Positions 50,761 through 59,550 of a stretch of DNA of 64,000 nt are shown piece after piece. The translations under genes were made by a program, and so were the position numbers. Within the stretch, counting starts at the first letter, position 1; the number at the start of each line of letters is the position of its first letter. The stretch comes from a bacterium. Its GTDB lineage: Bacteria > Joyebacterota > Joyebacteria > Joyebacterales > Joyebacteraceae. The stretch lies in NCBI GenBank assembly GCA_025774245.1, contig JALGWI010000001.1, forward strand, positions 20,599-84,598, written 5' to 3'. Under the pieces are notes generated by a model. The model was not told the origin of the DNA. It saw nothing but the letters and a program-made list of their open reading frames with translations, and ran no database searches.

Positions 50761-51888
50761 ATGGCACACGCATACACACCAGGCCTGAGGGTCGCGGAAC
50801 TGACGGTGCTCAGGAAGGAGCGCCGCCTCCCGATCAAGGGAGATGTTCTCGTCGACGTGGGCGACGCCGTGACCTCGGACACCGTCGTCGCGAGGACACA
50901 CCTCCCGGGGAACGTCCAGCTCGTGAACGTGGCGAGCAAGCTGGGCCTTCCGCCGGAGGACCTGCCGACCGTCATGGTGAAGAAGGAAGGCGACCCGGTC
51001 GAGAAGGGCGAGCCGATCGCCACGACGAAGGGGTTCTTCGGGCTCTTCAAGTCGAACGTCCCGTCGCCGTGCGCGGGCTCGCTCGAGAACATCTCGACGG
51101 TGACCGGACAGGTCATCCTCCGCGAGCCGCCGTCCCCCATCGAGATCGACGCGTACGTCGACGGTCAGGTCGTCGAGGTCTTCGAGGCGGAGGGGGTCGC
51201 GATCGAAACCGTCGGGACGTTCATCCAGGGCATCTTCGGCGTCGGCGGTGAGCGGACCGGCGAGATCAGGGTGGCCGTCGCGAATCCCGGGGAGGTCCTC
51301 GACGCGTCGAAGCTCGACGATTCGATGAAGGGCCAGGTGGTCATCGGCGGCTCGCACGTCACGTGGGACGGGCTCCAGAAGGCGATGAAGATCGGAGCGT
51401 CCGGCGTCGTCGTCGGCGGGTTCGACGACCCCGATCTCAAACGCCTTCTCGGGAAGGACCTGGGCGTCGCGATCACCGGGCAGGAGGACGTCGCGACCAC
51501 GCTCATCCTGACGGAGGGCTTCGGTGAGATGGCCATGGCCCACGGGACGTTCGATCTCCTGAAGAAGCGCGAGGGGCGGAAGGCGTCGATCAACGGCGCG
51601 ACCCAGATTCGCGCGGGCGTCATGAGGCCCGAGATCGTGGTGCCGATCACCGAGGAGCGGGAGAGCGTCCGGGAGGAGGCCGCGAGCGAGGCGACCGGCC
51701 TCGAGATCGGAAGCGCGATCCGCGCTATCCGCGAGCCGTACTTCGGGAGGCTCGGCGAGGTCACCGAGCTTCCGAACGAGCTCCGGAAGATGGAGTCGGA
51801 GTCGATGGTCCGCGTGCTCCAGGTGCGCTTCGAGGACGGCTCGGAGGCGCTCCTGCCGAGGGCCAACGTCGAGATGATCGAGCACTGA
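50761..51888 (+). CDS. Conserved hypothetical protein with barrel-sandwich-hybrid-like N-terminal motifs and a KOW/SH3-like C-terminus
   Basis: GDVLVDVGDAV..DTVVA and KKEGDPVEKGEPIA..VPSPCAG; IQGIFGVGGE; GVAITGQED..LILTEGFG; INGATQIRAGVMRPE; IREPYFG..G.V; PRANVE. Confidence 0.75.
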   Translation: MAHAYTPGLRVAELTVLRKERRLPIKGDVLVDVGDAVTSDTVVARTHLPGNVQLVNVASKLGLPPEDLPTVMVKKEGDPVEKGEPIATTKGFFGLFKSNVPSPCAGSLENISTVTGQVILREPPSPIEIDAYVDGQVVEVFEAEGVAIETVGTFIQGIFGVGGERTGEIRVAVANPGEVLDASKLDDSMKGQVVIGGSHVTWDGLQKAMKIGASGVVVGGFDDPDLKRLLGKDLGVAITGQEDVATTLILTEGFGEMAMAHGTFDLLKKREGRKASINGATQIRAGVMRPEIVVPITEERESVREEAASEATGLEIGSAIRAIREPYFGRLGEVTELPNELRKMESESMVRVLQVRFEDGSEALLPRANVEMIEH

Positions 51889-52009
51889 ACCGGTCCGCCC
51901 GGTCCCCGGCGCGCCGCAGGAGCCGGGGGCGGAGGAGCGCCGGAGATTTCGGCTTTCGCGAGCCGCCTGCGTGTCCGGGCGCTGAGGGAAGGGCGCGGGG
52001 ACATTTGGC

Positions 52010-52038
52010 TTGACAGGCGCCTGGCCGTCTGGTAACTT
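52010..52038 (+). promoter_or_regulatory. Sigma70-like promoter for the membrane cassettes
   Basis: TTGACA-N17-TAACTT with an extended -10 TG. Confidence 0.65.
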
Positions 52039-52109
52039 TTTTCCACTTTCCGGACCGTCTCGAGGGGGCAGGCTGCCGCCTGTACACCGGACCGTGAGGG
52101 GAGAGTTGG

Positions 52110-53348
52110 ATGCGGCGTGACAGAGGGCGCTCGATGAGGGCGCGCACACCAGCAGGGTTCGTCGTCGGCGTCTTGTCGATCTCGGCCCTGTTCTTGTGTT
52201 CGGCCGCGCTCGCGCAGGAGGAGATCGAGGCCGCGCCGGCCGACAGCCTCCCGCCTCTCTCGCCCCCGACGTCGGTGATGATCTCGGACACCCCGAACGA
52301 CCGCGGGTTCTCGATCAACGTCACCTGGGCGCTCTCCAGCGACGACGAGGCCGGGAGGGTGACGTCGTACCGGATCTACAGGACGTCGGATCCGGACACC
52401 GGCTTCGCGTTCGCCGGGCGGGTCTCGCCGGGGGACACCGAGTACCGCGACGGCGATGCGCCCGAGGGAGAGCTCGTCTACTACCGCGTCTCCGCTACCG
52501 ACGACGTCGGCGCAGAGTCGCCGTCCGAGACCTCGGCCCCGACTCAGGCCGTACCGCAGTGGTTCAACAAGGAACGCATCAACGTCCTGATCGCCGTGTT
52601 CATCTTCGTCGCGGCGATCGTCTACTTCGTGGTGTCGGCGCGCCGGGGGAAGGACCTCTTCATCAGACGCCTCGCGGGGCTCGACGAGGTCGACAACGCG
52701 GTCGGTCGCGCCACCGAGATGGGCAAGCCGATCCTCTACATCTCGGGCCTCTCGACAGTCTCCGACGTCGCGACGATCGCGGCGATCAACATCCTGGGCG
52801 AGGTCGCGAAGAAGACAGCCGAGTACAACACCCGGCTCATCGTGCCTTGCGCCGACCCCATCGTCATGGCCGTCGAGCAGGAGGTCGTCAAGGAGGCGTA
52901 CGCCAAGGTCGGAAGGCCCGACTCCTACAACGAGGACGACGTCTTCTACCTGACGAGGAGCCAGTTCGCGTACGTCGCGGGCGTGAACGGCATCATGGTG
53001 CGTCAGCGACCCGCGACGATCCTCTACATGGGCATGTTCTTCGCCGAGTCGCTCGTTCTCGCCGAGACCGGCGCCTCGGTCGGAGCGATCCAGATCGCGG
53101 GGACCGACGCCGTGACGCAGCTTCCGTTCTTCATCACGGCGTGCGACTACACGCTGATCGGCGAAGAGCTCTACGCGGCGAGCGCCTACCTCTCTCGCGA
53201 GCCCGTTCTCCTGGGCGGTCTCAAGGGACAGGACACGCTCAAGATGGTGATCGCGATCACCATCATTCTGACGACCATCGTGGCGACGCTCGTCGCGGTG
53301 AACGCGATCGGGGCCGATTTCATGACGCCGCTTCTGATCACGCAGTAG
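52110..53348 (+). CDS. Cassette 1 gene A: signal peptide + FN3 domain + DUF6754-like membrane domain
   Basis: DTPNDRG..I.VTW..YRIYR..YYRV (FN3); TM; FIRRLAGL..VD.AVGRATEMGKP, FFAESL.LAETG, QIAGT..QLPFF..CDYTLIGEELYAASAYLSREP. Alternative start 52134. Confidence 0.8.
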   Translation: MRRDRGRSMRARTPAGFVVGVLSISALFLCSAALAQEEIEAAPADSLPPLSPPTSVMISDTPNDRGFSINVTWALSSDDEAGRVTSYRIYRTSDPDTGFAFAGRVSPGDTEYRDGDAPEGELVYYRVSATDDVGAESPSETSAPTQAVPQWFNKERINVLIAVFIFVAAIVYFVVSARRGKDLFIRRLAGLDEVDNAVGRATEMGKPILYISGLSTVSDVATIAAINILGEVAKKTAEYNTRLIVPCADPIVMAVEQEVVKEAYAKVGRPDSYNEDDVFYLTRSQFAYVAGVNGIMVRQRPATILYMGMFFAESLVLAETGASVGAIQIAGTDAVTQLPFFITACDYTLIGEELYAASAYLSREPVLLGGLKGQDTLKMVIAITIILTTIVATLVAVNAIGADFMTPLLITQ

Positions 53349-53408
53349 CGGCAGGGGGAGGATCCCGCGCGTCCGCGCGGGCAAGCCGAAGGTCCGAGGG
53401 GTCAGAGG

Positions 53409-54041
53409 ATGTTGCGTCGAAGGCTACCGCTGCTGCTGTGCTTCATCGCCGGTCTCTTCATGGCGGTCCAGTACTACGTCCCCCACCACTCGGTGCAGAG
53501 TGCCTACGAGACGTTGCTGCTCTGGCTCCAGACGCTTCTCGCCTTCGCGTTCCTCCTCGGGACCGTGAGTCTGATCCGGGTCCACTACCACAAGATCAGG
53601 AACAAGGCTGCCGACCGCGGGTTCAGCCTCGTGATGTTTGCGGGGCTCTTCGCCATGCTCGGTCTCGGCTTCTTCCACCCGTCGCACCACGCGCCGGGGT
53701 CGCCGTTCAACCTGATGTTCCTGAACGTCCAGGTGCCGATCGAGGCGACGATGTTCTCGCTCCTGGCGTTCTACGTTGCCTCGGCCGCCTTTCGCGCCTT
53801 CCGCGCGAGGACGCTCGAGGCGACGCTGCTGCTCGTCGCGGCAGCGATCGTGATGCTCGGGCGTGTCCCGATCGGGGAGATGATCTCGAGCACGATCCCC
53901 GAGGCCACCCGCTGGATCCTCGAGGTGCCGAACCTCGCCGCGAAGCGTGGGATCATGATCGGCGTCGGCCTCGGCATGATGGCGACGTCGCTCAAGATCA
54001 TCCTCGGCATCGAGCGCGCGTGGATGGGCGGAGGCGACTAG
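53409..54041 (+). CDS. Cassette 1 gene B: polytopic membrane protein
   Basis: Five to six hydrophobic helices; P.EATMFSLLAFYVASAAFRAFRAR, VMLGRVP.G, PN.AAKRGI.IG..LG, LKIILGIER. Confidence 0.8.
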   Translation: MLRRRLPLLLCFIAGLFMAVQYYVPHHSVQSAYETLLLWLQTLLAFAFLLGTVSLIRVHYHKIRNKAADRGFSLVMFAGLFAMLGLGFFHPSHHAPGSPFNLMFLNVQVPIEATMFSLLAFYVASAAFRAFRARTLEATLLLVAAAIVMLGRVPIGEMISSTIPEATRWILEVPNLAAKRGIMIGVGLGMMATSLKIILGIERAWMGGGD

Positions 54042-54086
54042 ACGTCGTCTCTACGTGGGCGCGGACGGCCGCGCCCGGAGGCACTG

Positions 54087-54944
54087 ATGGCTTCATCGAT
54101 GACCCGGTTCTTCGAGAGGTTCCTCAAGATCGACAGGCGCTGGATCTTCCTCGCGATTGCCATCGCGGTGGTCATCCCGTTCTTCGCGCCTCTCGGTCTC
54201 CCCGTCGACGTGACGCCACCTGTTCAGCGCCTCTACGACGCGGTCGACGAACTCGAGGCGGGAGGAGCTCCTCTCCTTCTCTCGATCGACTACACGCCGG
54301 CGACGTCTCCCGAGCTCGAGCCGATGTCGACGGCAATCCTGCGCCACGTGTTCGAGAAGGGCGTCCGGGTCATCGTGATGACGCTTCACCCGGCCGGCTA
54401 CGGCATGGCCGAGAGCGCGATCCTCAGGGCGGCGGAGGAGGCGGGGGCCGAGTACGGCGAGGACCTCGTGTACCTCGGCTTCCAGCCGGGCACGTCCGCG
54501 GTGATCCTGGGCCTCGGCGTCAACATCACGAACGTCTTCCCCGAGGACGCATACGGGACGCCGCTCTCAGAGATTCCCCTGATGGAGGGGATCCGGAACT
54601 ACGACGACATCCCTCTCCTCATCTCGCTGGCCGGGTGGTCGGCGTCGGAGGCGTGGGTCTACTTTGCGCACCAGCCCTACGGACAGAGGGTCGGCGGCGG
54701 TGTGACGGCGGTCATGGCAACCGATCTCTACCCGTACCTCGATTCGGGCCAGCTCGTTGGTCTTCTGGGCGGGATGCGTGGTGCGGCGGAGTACGAGGTG
54801 CTCATCGGGCGGCCCGGCTCCGGAGCACGGGGCATGGACTCGCAATCGGTGATTCACCTGATCATCATTCTTTTGATCGTGCTTGGGAACGTCGCCTATT
54901 TCGCGACGAGAAGGCAGCGGAAGCTGGCGGGAGAAGGAACCTAG
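54087..54944 (+). CDS. Cassette 1 gene C: membrane-anchored protein with a large soluble alpha/beta domain
   Basis: IDRRWIF + TM; DY.P...PEL.PM, EYGEDLVYLG, FP.D.YGTP..EIPLM, YPY..SGQLVGLLGG.RGAAEYE, GMDSQS..H + TM. Confidence 0.8.
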   Translation: MASSMTRFFERFLKIDRRWIFLAIAIAVVIPFFAPLGLPVDVTPPVQRLYDAVDELEAGGAPLLLSIDYTPATSPELEPMSTAILRHVFEKGVRVIVMTLHPAGYGMAESAILRAAEEAGAEYGEDLVYLGFQPGTSAVILGLGVNITNVFPEDAYGTPLSEIPLMEGIRNYDDIPLLISLAGWSASEAWVYFAHQPYGQRVGGGVTAVMATDLYPYLDSGQLVGLLGGMRGAAEYEVLIGRPGSGARGMDSQSVIHLIIILLIVLGNVAYFATRRQRKLAGEGT

Positions 54945-55005
54945 ACTCGGGACCCCGGGGCCTCTGGACCCGGGTGCCCGCGGGCCTGACCTCGCGGAGG
55001 CAGAC

Positions 55006-55869
55006 ATGGAGTTCTCCACCCTCATCTGGACGACTATCGGGGTCATCCTGACGCTCTGCGTCTACAGCTTCCTGTACAAGGACAACCCGTTCTACAAGTT
55101 CGCCGAACACCTGGTCGTCGGCGCGTCGGCCGGCTACTACCTCGTCATCTACTACTACAACTTCATCGACCCGAACGTCGTGCGTCCGGTCTTCCAGCTC
55201 GAGCACGGTGGCCAGGCCATCGCGCTCGGCGGCTTCGAGTGGTGGATGGCGCTCATCCCCGGTCTCCTCGGCCTCCTTCTCTACGCGCGGTTCTTCCCCA
55301 AGATCGCGTGGGTAGGACGCTGGCCGCTCGGCATCTACGTCGGCGGTTACGCCGGTCTCGGCATCTCGCCGGTGATGCAGGCGCGCGTCATCGATCAGAT
55401 GCGGGCCGCTTCGTCGCCCCTGGCCTCGATCGTCGGGCCGGGCGAGGTGGTCGATCCGTTCGCCGCGGTGACGAACACCGCACTCGGCTTCGTCATCTTC
55501 GCCGTGATGACCTATTTCCTCCTCGCGAAGCGGCACCTCGGCTCCAGGGGAATCGCCGCGATGATCGGGGTGATCGCCGCCTCGGCCGTCGTCGGCTACG
55601 GTGGCTATGTGGTGCTGACGGCGTTGTCGGCTGCGAACGTCGTGTCGACGACGAGCATCCTCCTGGTCGTCGGGCTCCTCGGTACCCTCGCGTACTTCTT
55701 CTTCTCTCTGAGGCACACGGGCCTCCTGGGCGGGCTCGCCCGGATCGGCATCGTGTTCCTCATGGTGGGATTCGGCGCCTCATTCGGCTACACGGTCATG
55801 TCGAGAATCTCGCTCCTGATCGGCAGGGTGGGTTTCCTCATCGACTGGATCGGGATGTTCTCCTCGTAG
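55006..55869 (+). CDS. Cassette 1 gene D: polytopic membrane protein
   Basis: LTLCVYSFLYKDNPFYKFAEHL.VG..AGY, RWPL, YFFFS..H.G, FLMVGFGASFGYTVM.R.SLLIGR. GGAGG RBS. Confidence 0.8.
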   Translation: MEFSTLIWTTIGVILTLCVYSFLYKDNPFYKFAEHLVVGASAGYYLVIYYYNFIDPNVVRPVFQLEHGGQAIALGGFEWWMALIPGLLGLLLYARFFPKIAWVGRWPLGIYVGGYAGLGISPVMQARVIDQMRAASSPLASIVGPGEVVDPFAAVTNTALGFVIFAVMTYFLLAKRHLGSRGIAAMIGVIAASAVVGYGGYVVLTALSAANVVSTTSILLVVGLLGTLAYFFFSLRHTGLLGGLARIGIVFLMVGFGASFGYTVMSRISLLIGRVGFLIDWIGMFSS

Positions 55870-55911
55870 GCCGGTGGACCTGATGGACAGACCGCCGCCC
55901 GCGGGGCGGCC

Positions 55912-55941
55912 GAGGGGAGCGAAGAACGCCCCCTCTTTTCT
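55912..55941 (+). terminator. Possible intrinsic terminator between the two cassette copies
   Basis: GAGGGG(A)GCG-aagaa-CGCCCCCTC followed by TTTTCT. Confidence 0.45.
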
Positions 55942-55949
55942 CGTCACGG

Positions 55950-57182
55950 ATGCGCGGTTCGATGATGAGAGCATCTCTTGCAGTTCTCTCCATACTCGTG
56001 CTCTCCCTCACGTTCGGCTGGGCGTGGGCCCAGGACGAACTCGTGCTTGAGGGCGTTGAGCCCGCGTTGTCCGACACCCTTCCGCCAGATCTGATCCCGC
56101 CAGCGCCTGCCGCCGGCCTCACTGCCGTCGACTACGTCGACAACAACGACTCCGGAAACAAGATCGACCTCTCCTGGACGACCTCGCCGGACGACGGCGA
56201 CGGAGCGGCCGACGTCACCGGCTACCAGGTCTGGAGGTCGGAGACGGCCGCCGGGCCGGGAGACACGCTCGCGTTCGTCGCGGCGGGGCAGGCCGGCTAT
56301 CTCGACGAGACCGCTGAGCCCGGCACGCCCTACTACTACAGCGTCACCGCCTTCGACGGCACGAACCACTCCGACGCCGTCTCCTTCGGCCCCGTCGCGG
56401 GCGCCCGCAACTGGTTCACCGCCACGCGCGCCGCCGTCCTCGTGCTCGTGTCGGTCTTCTTCGGCCTGGTCCTCGTCTTCACGCAGCTCGCGGAGCGGGG
56501 CGCCAAGCTCTTCGTGCGCCGCATTCCCGGCCTGAACGCGATCGAGGAGGCCGTCGGACGCGCCACCGAGATGGGCAGGCCGGTCCTCTACGTTCCCGGC
56601 ATCGGCGAGATCGACAACATCATGACGATCGCGTCTCTGACGATCCTCTCGCACGTGGCGAAGATCACGGCGCGCTACGAGACGCCGCTCATCGTCCCCA
56701 CCGCGCGGGCGGTCGTTATGTCGGCGGCCGAGGAGGTCGTCAAGGAGGCCTACGCGGAAGTGGGGAAGCCGGACGCGTACAACCGCGACAACATCCGGTA
56801 CCTCTCGGACGCGCAGTTCGCCTTCGCCGGGGCCGTGAACGGCATCATGCTCAGGGAGAAGCCGGCAGCGAACCTGTATCTCGGCGCGTTCTGGGCCGAG
56901 TCGCTCCTCCTGGCGGAGACCGGATTCGAGGCCGGGGCGATCCAGGTCGCCGGGACCGCGATGGTCTCGCAGCTCCCGTTCTTCGTGACGGCGTGCGACT
57001 ACACACTCCTCGGAGAGGAGCTCTACGCCGCGAGCGCGTACCTCTCGCGCGAGCCCAAGCTCCTCGGCGGGCTCAAGGGCTCCGACTGGATGAAGGTCGT
57101 CACGATCGTCCTCATCGCGGCCGGCATCATCATGAACCTCGTGGGCGCGGACGCGTTCGTCGAGTGGTTCCACACGAGCTAG
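55950..57182 (+). CDS. Cassette 2 gene A: signal peptide + FN3 domain + DUF6754-like membrane domain
   Basis: Paralogue of 52110-53348: FVRRIPGL.AIEEAVGRATEMGRP, AESLLLAETG, QLPFFVTACDYTLLGEELYAASAYLSREP. Alternative start 55962. Confidence 0.8.
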   Translation: MRGSMMRASLAVLSILVLSLTFGWAWAQDELVLEGVEPALSDTLPPDLIPPAPAAGLTAVDYVDNNDSGNKIDLSWTTSPDDGDGAADVTGYQVWRSETAAGPGDTLAFVAAGQAGYLDETAEPGTPYYYSVTAFDGTNHSDAVSFGPVAGARNWFTATRAAVLVLVSVFFGLVLVFTQLAERGAKLFVRRIPGLNAIEEAVGRATEMGRPVLYVPGIGEIDNIMTIASLTILSHVAKITARYETPLIVPTARAVVMSAAEEVVKEAYAEVGKPDAYNRDNIRYLSDAQFAFAGAVNGIMLREKPAANLYLGAFWAESLLLAETGFEAGAIQVAGTAMVSQLPFFVTACDYTLLGEELYAASAYLSREPKLLGGLKGSDWMKVVTIVLIAAGIIMNLVGADAFVEWFHTS

Positions 57183-57194
57183 CGGAGTGACCCT

Positions 57195-57869
57195 GTGAGA
57201 AGAGAGATCCCGATAGCGATCACGTTTCTGATCGGCATCTTCATGATCGTCGACTTCTTCGTCCCGCACACGGCCGTGACCACGGCCGCGGACGAGATCA
57301 AGCAGTGGGGGATCATCGTGATCGCCGCCTCGATCCTGCTCGGGATCGGGAACCTCGTCAGGGTCCACTCGAAGAACATCGCCAGGAAGAACAGAGGGTG
57401 GGGCTACAGCATCATCACGCTCGCGGTCATGGCGGTGATGCTCTTCCTCGGCCTGTGGCCCGGAGCGCACCTGGGCCCGAACGAGGCGATCGGGACCGTG
57501 TCGGAGGGAACGCCCTTCAACTGGATGTTCATTCACATGCAGGTGCCGCTCCAGAGCACGATGTTCTCGCTCCTGGCCTTCTTCATCGCGTCGGCCGCGT
57601 ATCGCGCGTTTCGCCTGCGCTCCGCGGAGTCGAGTCTCCTGCTCATTGCCGCGATCATCGTCATGCTCGGTCGCGTTCCCCTTGGGGCGTACCTCACGAG
57701 GAACCTGCCGGAGCACGCGCAGCTCCCGTGGATCACGGAGACGATCATGGCCTATCCGAACATGGCGGCGTTTCGGGGGATCCTCATGGGCGCCGCGCTC
57801 GGCGTGATGGCGATGGGTCTTCGTATCATCCTCGGGATCGAGCGATCGTATCTGGGCGGAGAGAAATAG
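57195..57869 (+). CDS. Cassette 2 gene B: polytopic membrane protein
   Basis: Paralogue of 53409-54041: QVPLQSTMFSLLAFFIASAAYRAFR, VMLGRVPLG, PNMAAFRGI, LRIILGIER. Confidence 0.8.
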   Translation: MRREIPIAITFLIGIFMIVDFFVPHTAVTTAADEIKQWGIIVIAASILLGIGNLVRVHSKNIARKNRGWGYSIITLAVMAVMLFLGLWPGAHLGPNEAIGTVSEGTPFNWMFIHMQVPLQSTMFSLLAFFIASAAYRAFRLRSAESSLLLIAAIIVMLGRVPLGAYLTRNLPEHAQLPWITETIMAYPNMAAFRGILMGAALGVMAMGLRIILGIERSYLGGEK

Positions 57870-57885
57870 GGGGGAAGCGGAGCGG

Positions 57886-58740
57886 ATGGCGAAGGGATTC
57901 GACATACGGAGCATCGACCGCAGGATCATCTTCGTGCTGATCTTCGTGGCGGTCGCGATCCCGCTCATCAAGCCCCTCGGGCTCCCGGTCGGTGTCTCGC
58001 CGCCCGTCCAGTCGCTCTACGACGCCGTCGACGCGCTGCCGCCGGGGACGATCGTCATGCTGGGTGGCGACTACAGCCCCGACACGGTTGCCGAACTCCA
58101 GCCGATGGCGATCGCGTTCCTGCGCCACGCCTTCAGGAACGACCTTCGGGTCGTGATCACGTGCCTCTGGCCGGCCTCGCCGCCGCTCGTCGAGGCCGCG
58201 CTGGCGCCGCTCGTGGATGAGTTCGACAAGGAGTACGGGGTCGACTACGTGAACCTGGGGTACATGACCGGCGGTCCCGTGACGATCCTGGGCATGGGCA
58301 ACAGCATCCCGGGCACGTTCCCTCGGGACTACTACGGCACGCCGGTCGCAGAGATCCCACTCATGCGGGAGGTCGACAACCTCGACGACATCGAGCTCGT
58401 GATGGAGGTGTCTGCCGGCACCCCGGGCACGCGGGAGTGGGTGCAGCAGGCCGTGAGCAGGTTCAGCGTCACCCTCGGGGCCGGCACGACGGCCGTCGGC
58501 GCGCCGAATTTCTATCCGTACATATCGAGCGGGCAGCTGGTCGGGCTCCTCGGAGGACTCAAGGGCGCCGCCGAGTACGAGATCCTCGTGGGTGCCCCGG
58601 CGGACGCGGTGAAGGGCATGGACGCCCAGTCGATCGTGCACGCTCTCATCGTCTTCTTCATCCTGTTCGGGAACGTGGTCTACTTCGTGAGCGGGCGTCC
58701 TTCGGCAGGCTCGCTGACGGCATCGAGGGGTGAGCGATGA
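57886..58740 (+). CDS. Cassette 2 gene C: membrane-anchored protein with a soluble alpha/beta domain
   Basis: Paralogue of 54087-54944: IDRRIIF, DYSP..AELQPM, EYGVDYVNLG, YPY.SSGQLVGLLGGLKGAAEYE, GMDAQS..H. Confidence 0.8.
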   Translation: MAKGFDIRSIDRRIIFVLIFVAVAIPLIKPLGLPVGVSPPVQSLYDAVDALPPGTIVMLGGDYSPDTVAELQPMAIAFLRHAFRNDLRVVITCLWPASPPLVEAALAPLVDEFDKEYGVDYVNLGYMTGGPVTILGMGNSIPGTFPRDYYGTPVAEIPLMREVDNLDDIELVMEVSAGTPGTREWVQQAVSRFSVTLGAGTTAVGAPNFYPYISSGQLVGLLGGLKGAAEYEILVGAPADAVKGMDAQSIVHALIVFFILFGNVVYFVSGRPSAGSLTASRGER

Positions 58741-59423
58741 GCAGCTGGGTGGAGCAGTTCTTCGGTGGCGGGGCCGGGACGTCGGCGGCGATGTTCTGGG
58801 GCACGTGGGTCGCCGCGCTCCTCACGCTCTGCATCTACAGCTTTCTGTACAGGGACAACCCGCTCTACAAGTTCGCGGAGAGCCTCTTCGTCGGGATCGG
58901 CGCCGCGTACTGGCTCGCGATCCTCTACCACAACACCCTCAAGCCGAAGCTCTTCGTCGCGCTCTTTCCGGGTGACTCGGGCGAGCCGGTCCTCTGGTAC
59001 CGCATTTTCCCGGGCATCCTCGCGGTCTTCATGCTCCTCAGGTTCTACCCGAAGATCTCCTGGCTCTCGCGCTGGTCCCTCGCGTTCATCGTGGGGATGT
59101 ACGCGGCCGTCAACCTGACGGGATTCGCGCAGGCGGACTTCGTCGAGCAGATCTACGCGACGATGAGGACCCCGCTGGTCGGCGGGGGAGCCCTCTTGTT
59201 CATCCTGAACCTGTCCGCGATCATCGGCGTCGTCTCGGTTCTGATCTACTTCTTCTTCTCGAAAGAGCACAAGGGCCCCATCGGCGCCGTGGCCAAGGTC
59301 GGGATCTGGTTCCTCATGGTGGCCTTCGGGGCGTCTTTTGGATACACGGTGATGGGGCGCGTCTCCCTCCTGATCGGGAGAATGACGTTCCTCCTCAGGG
59401 ACTGGCTGCACGTTATCGACTAG
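58737..59423 (+). CDS. Cassette 2 gene D: polytopic membrane protein
   Basis: Paralogue of 55006-55869: LTLCIYSFLYRDNPLYKFAE, YFFFSKEH.G, FLMVAFGASFGYTVMGRVSLLIGR. ATGA overlap with gene C. Confidence 0.8.
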   Translation: MSSWVEQFFGGGAGTSAAMFWGTWVAALLTLCIYSFLYRDNPLYKFAESLFVGIGAAYWLAILYHNTLKPKLFVALFPGDSGEPVLWYRIFPGILAVFMLLRFYPKISWLSRWSLAFIVGMYAAVNLTGFAQADFVEQIYATMRTPLVGGGALLFILNLSAIIGVVSVLIYFFFSKEHKGPIGAVAKVGIWFLMVAFGASFGYTVMGRVSLLIGRMTFLLRDWLHVID

Positions 59424-59550
59424 CCCCGCCCGGTTCCCGGGGCTTCTGCCGCCCGACTGCGAGCCCCCCGCACCATTCGCGACCACCGATTCGTTCCGTG
59501 GGCGAGCGCGCCCGCGCGGATGCGGCCGTCTGATCATCGGAGATCGAAGA

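Noticed and set aside
52196-55051. 951-aa alternative-frame + strand ORF across cassette 1 (also 18081-20291)
   Set aside because: Low-complexity Arg-rich shadow frame. The paralogous cassette 2 conserves the other frames, not this one.
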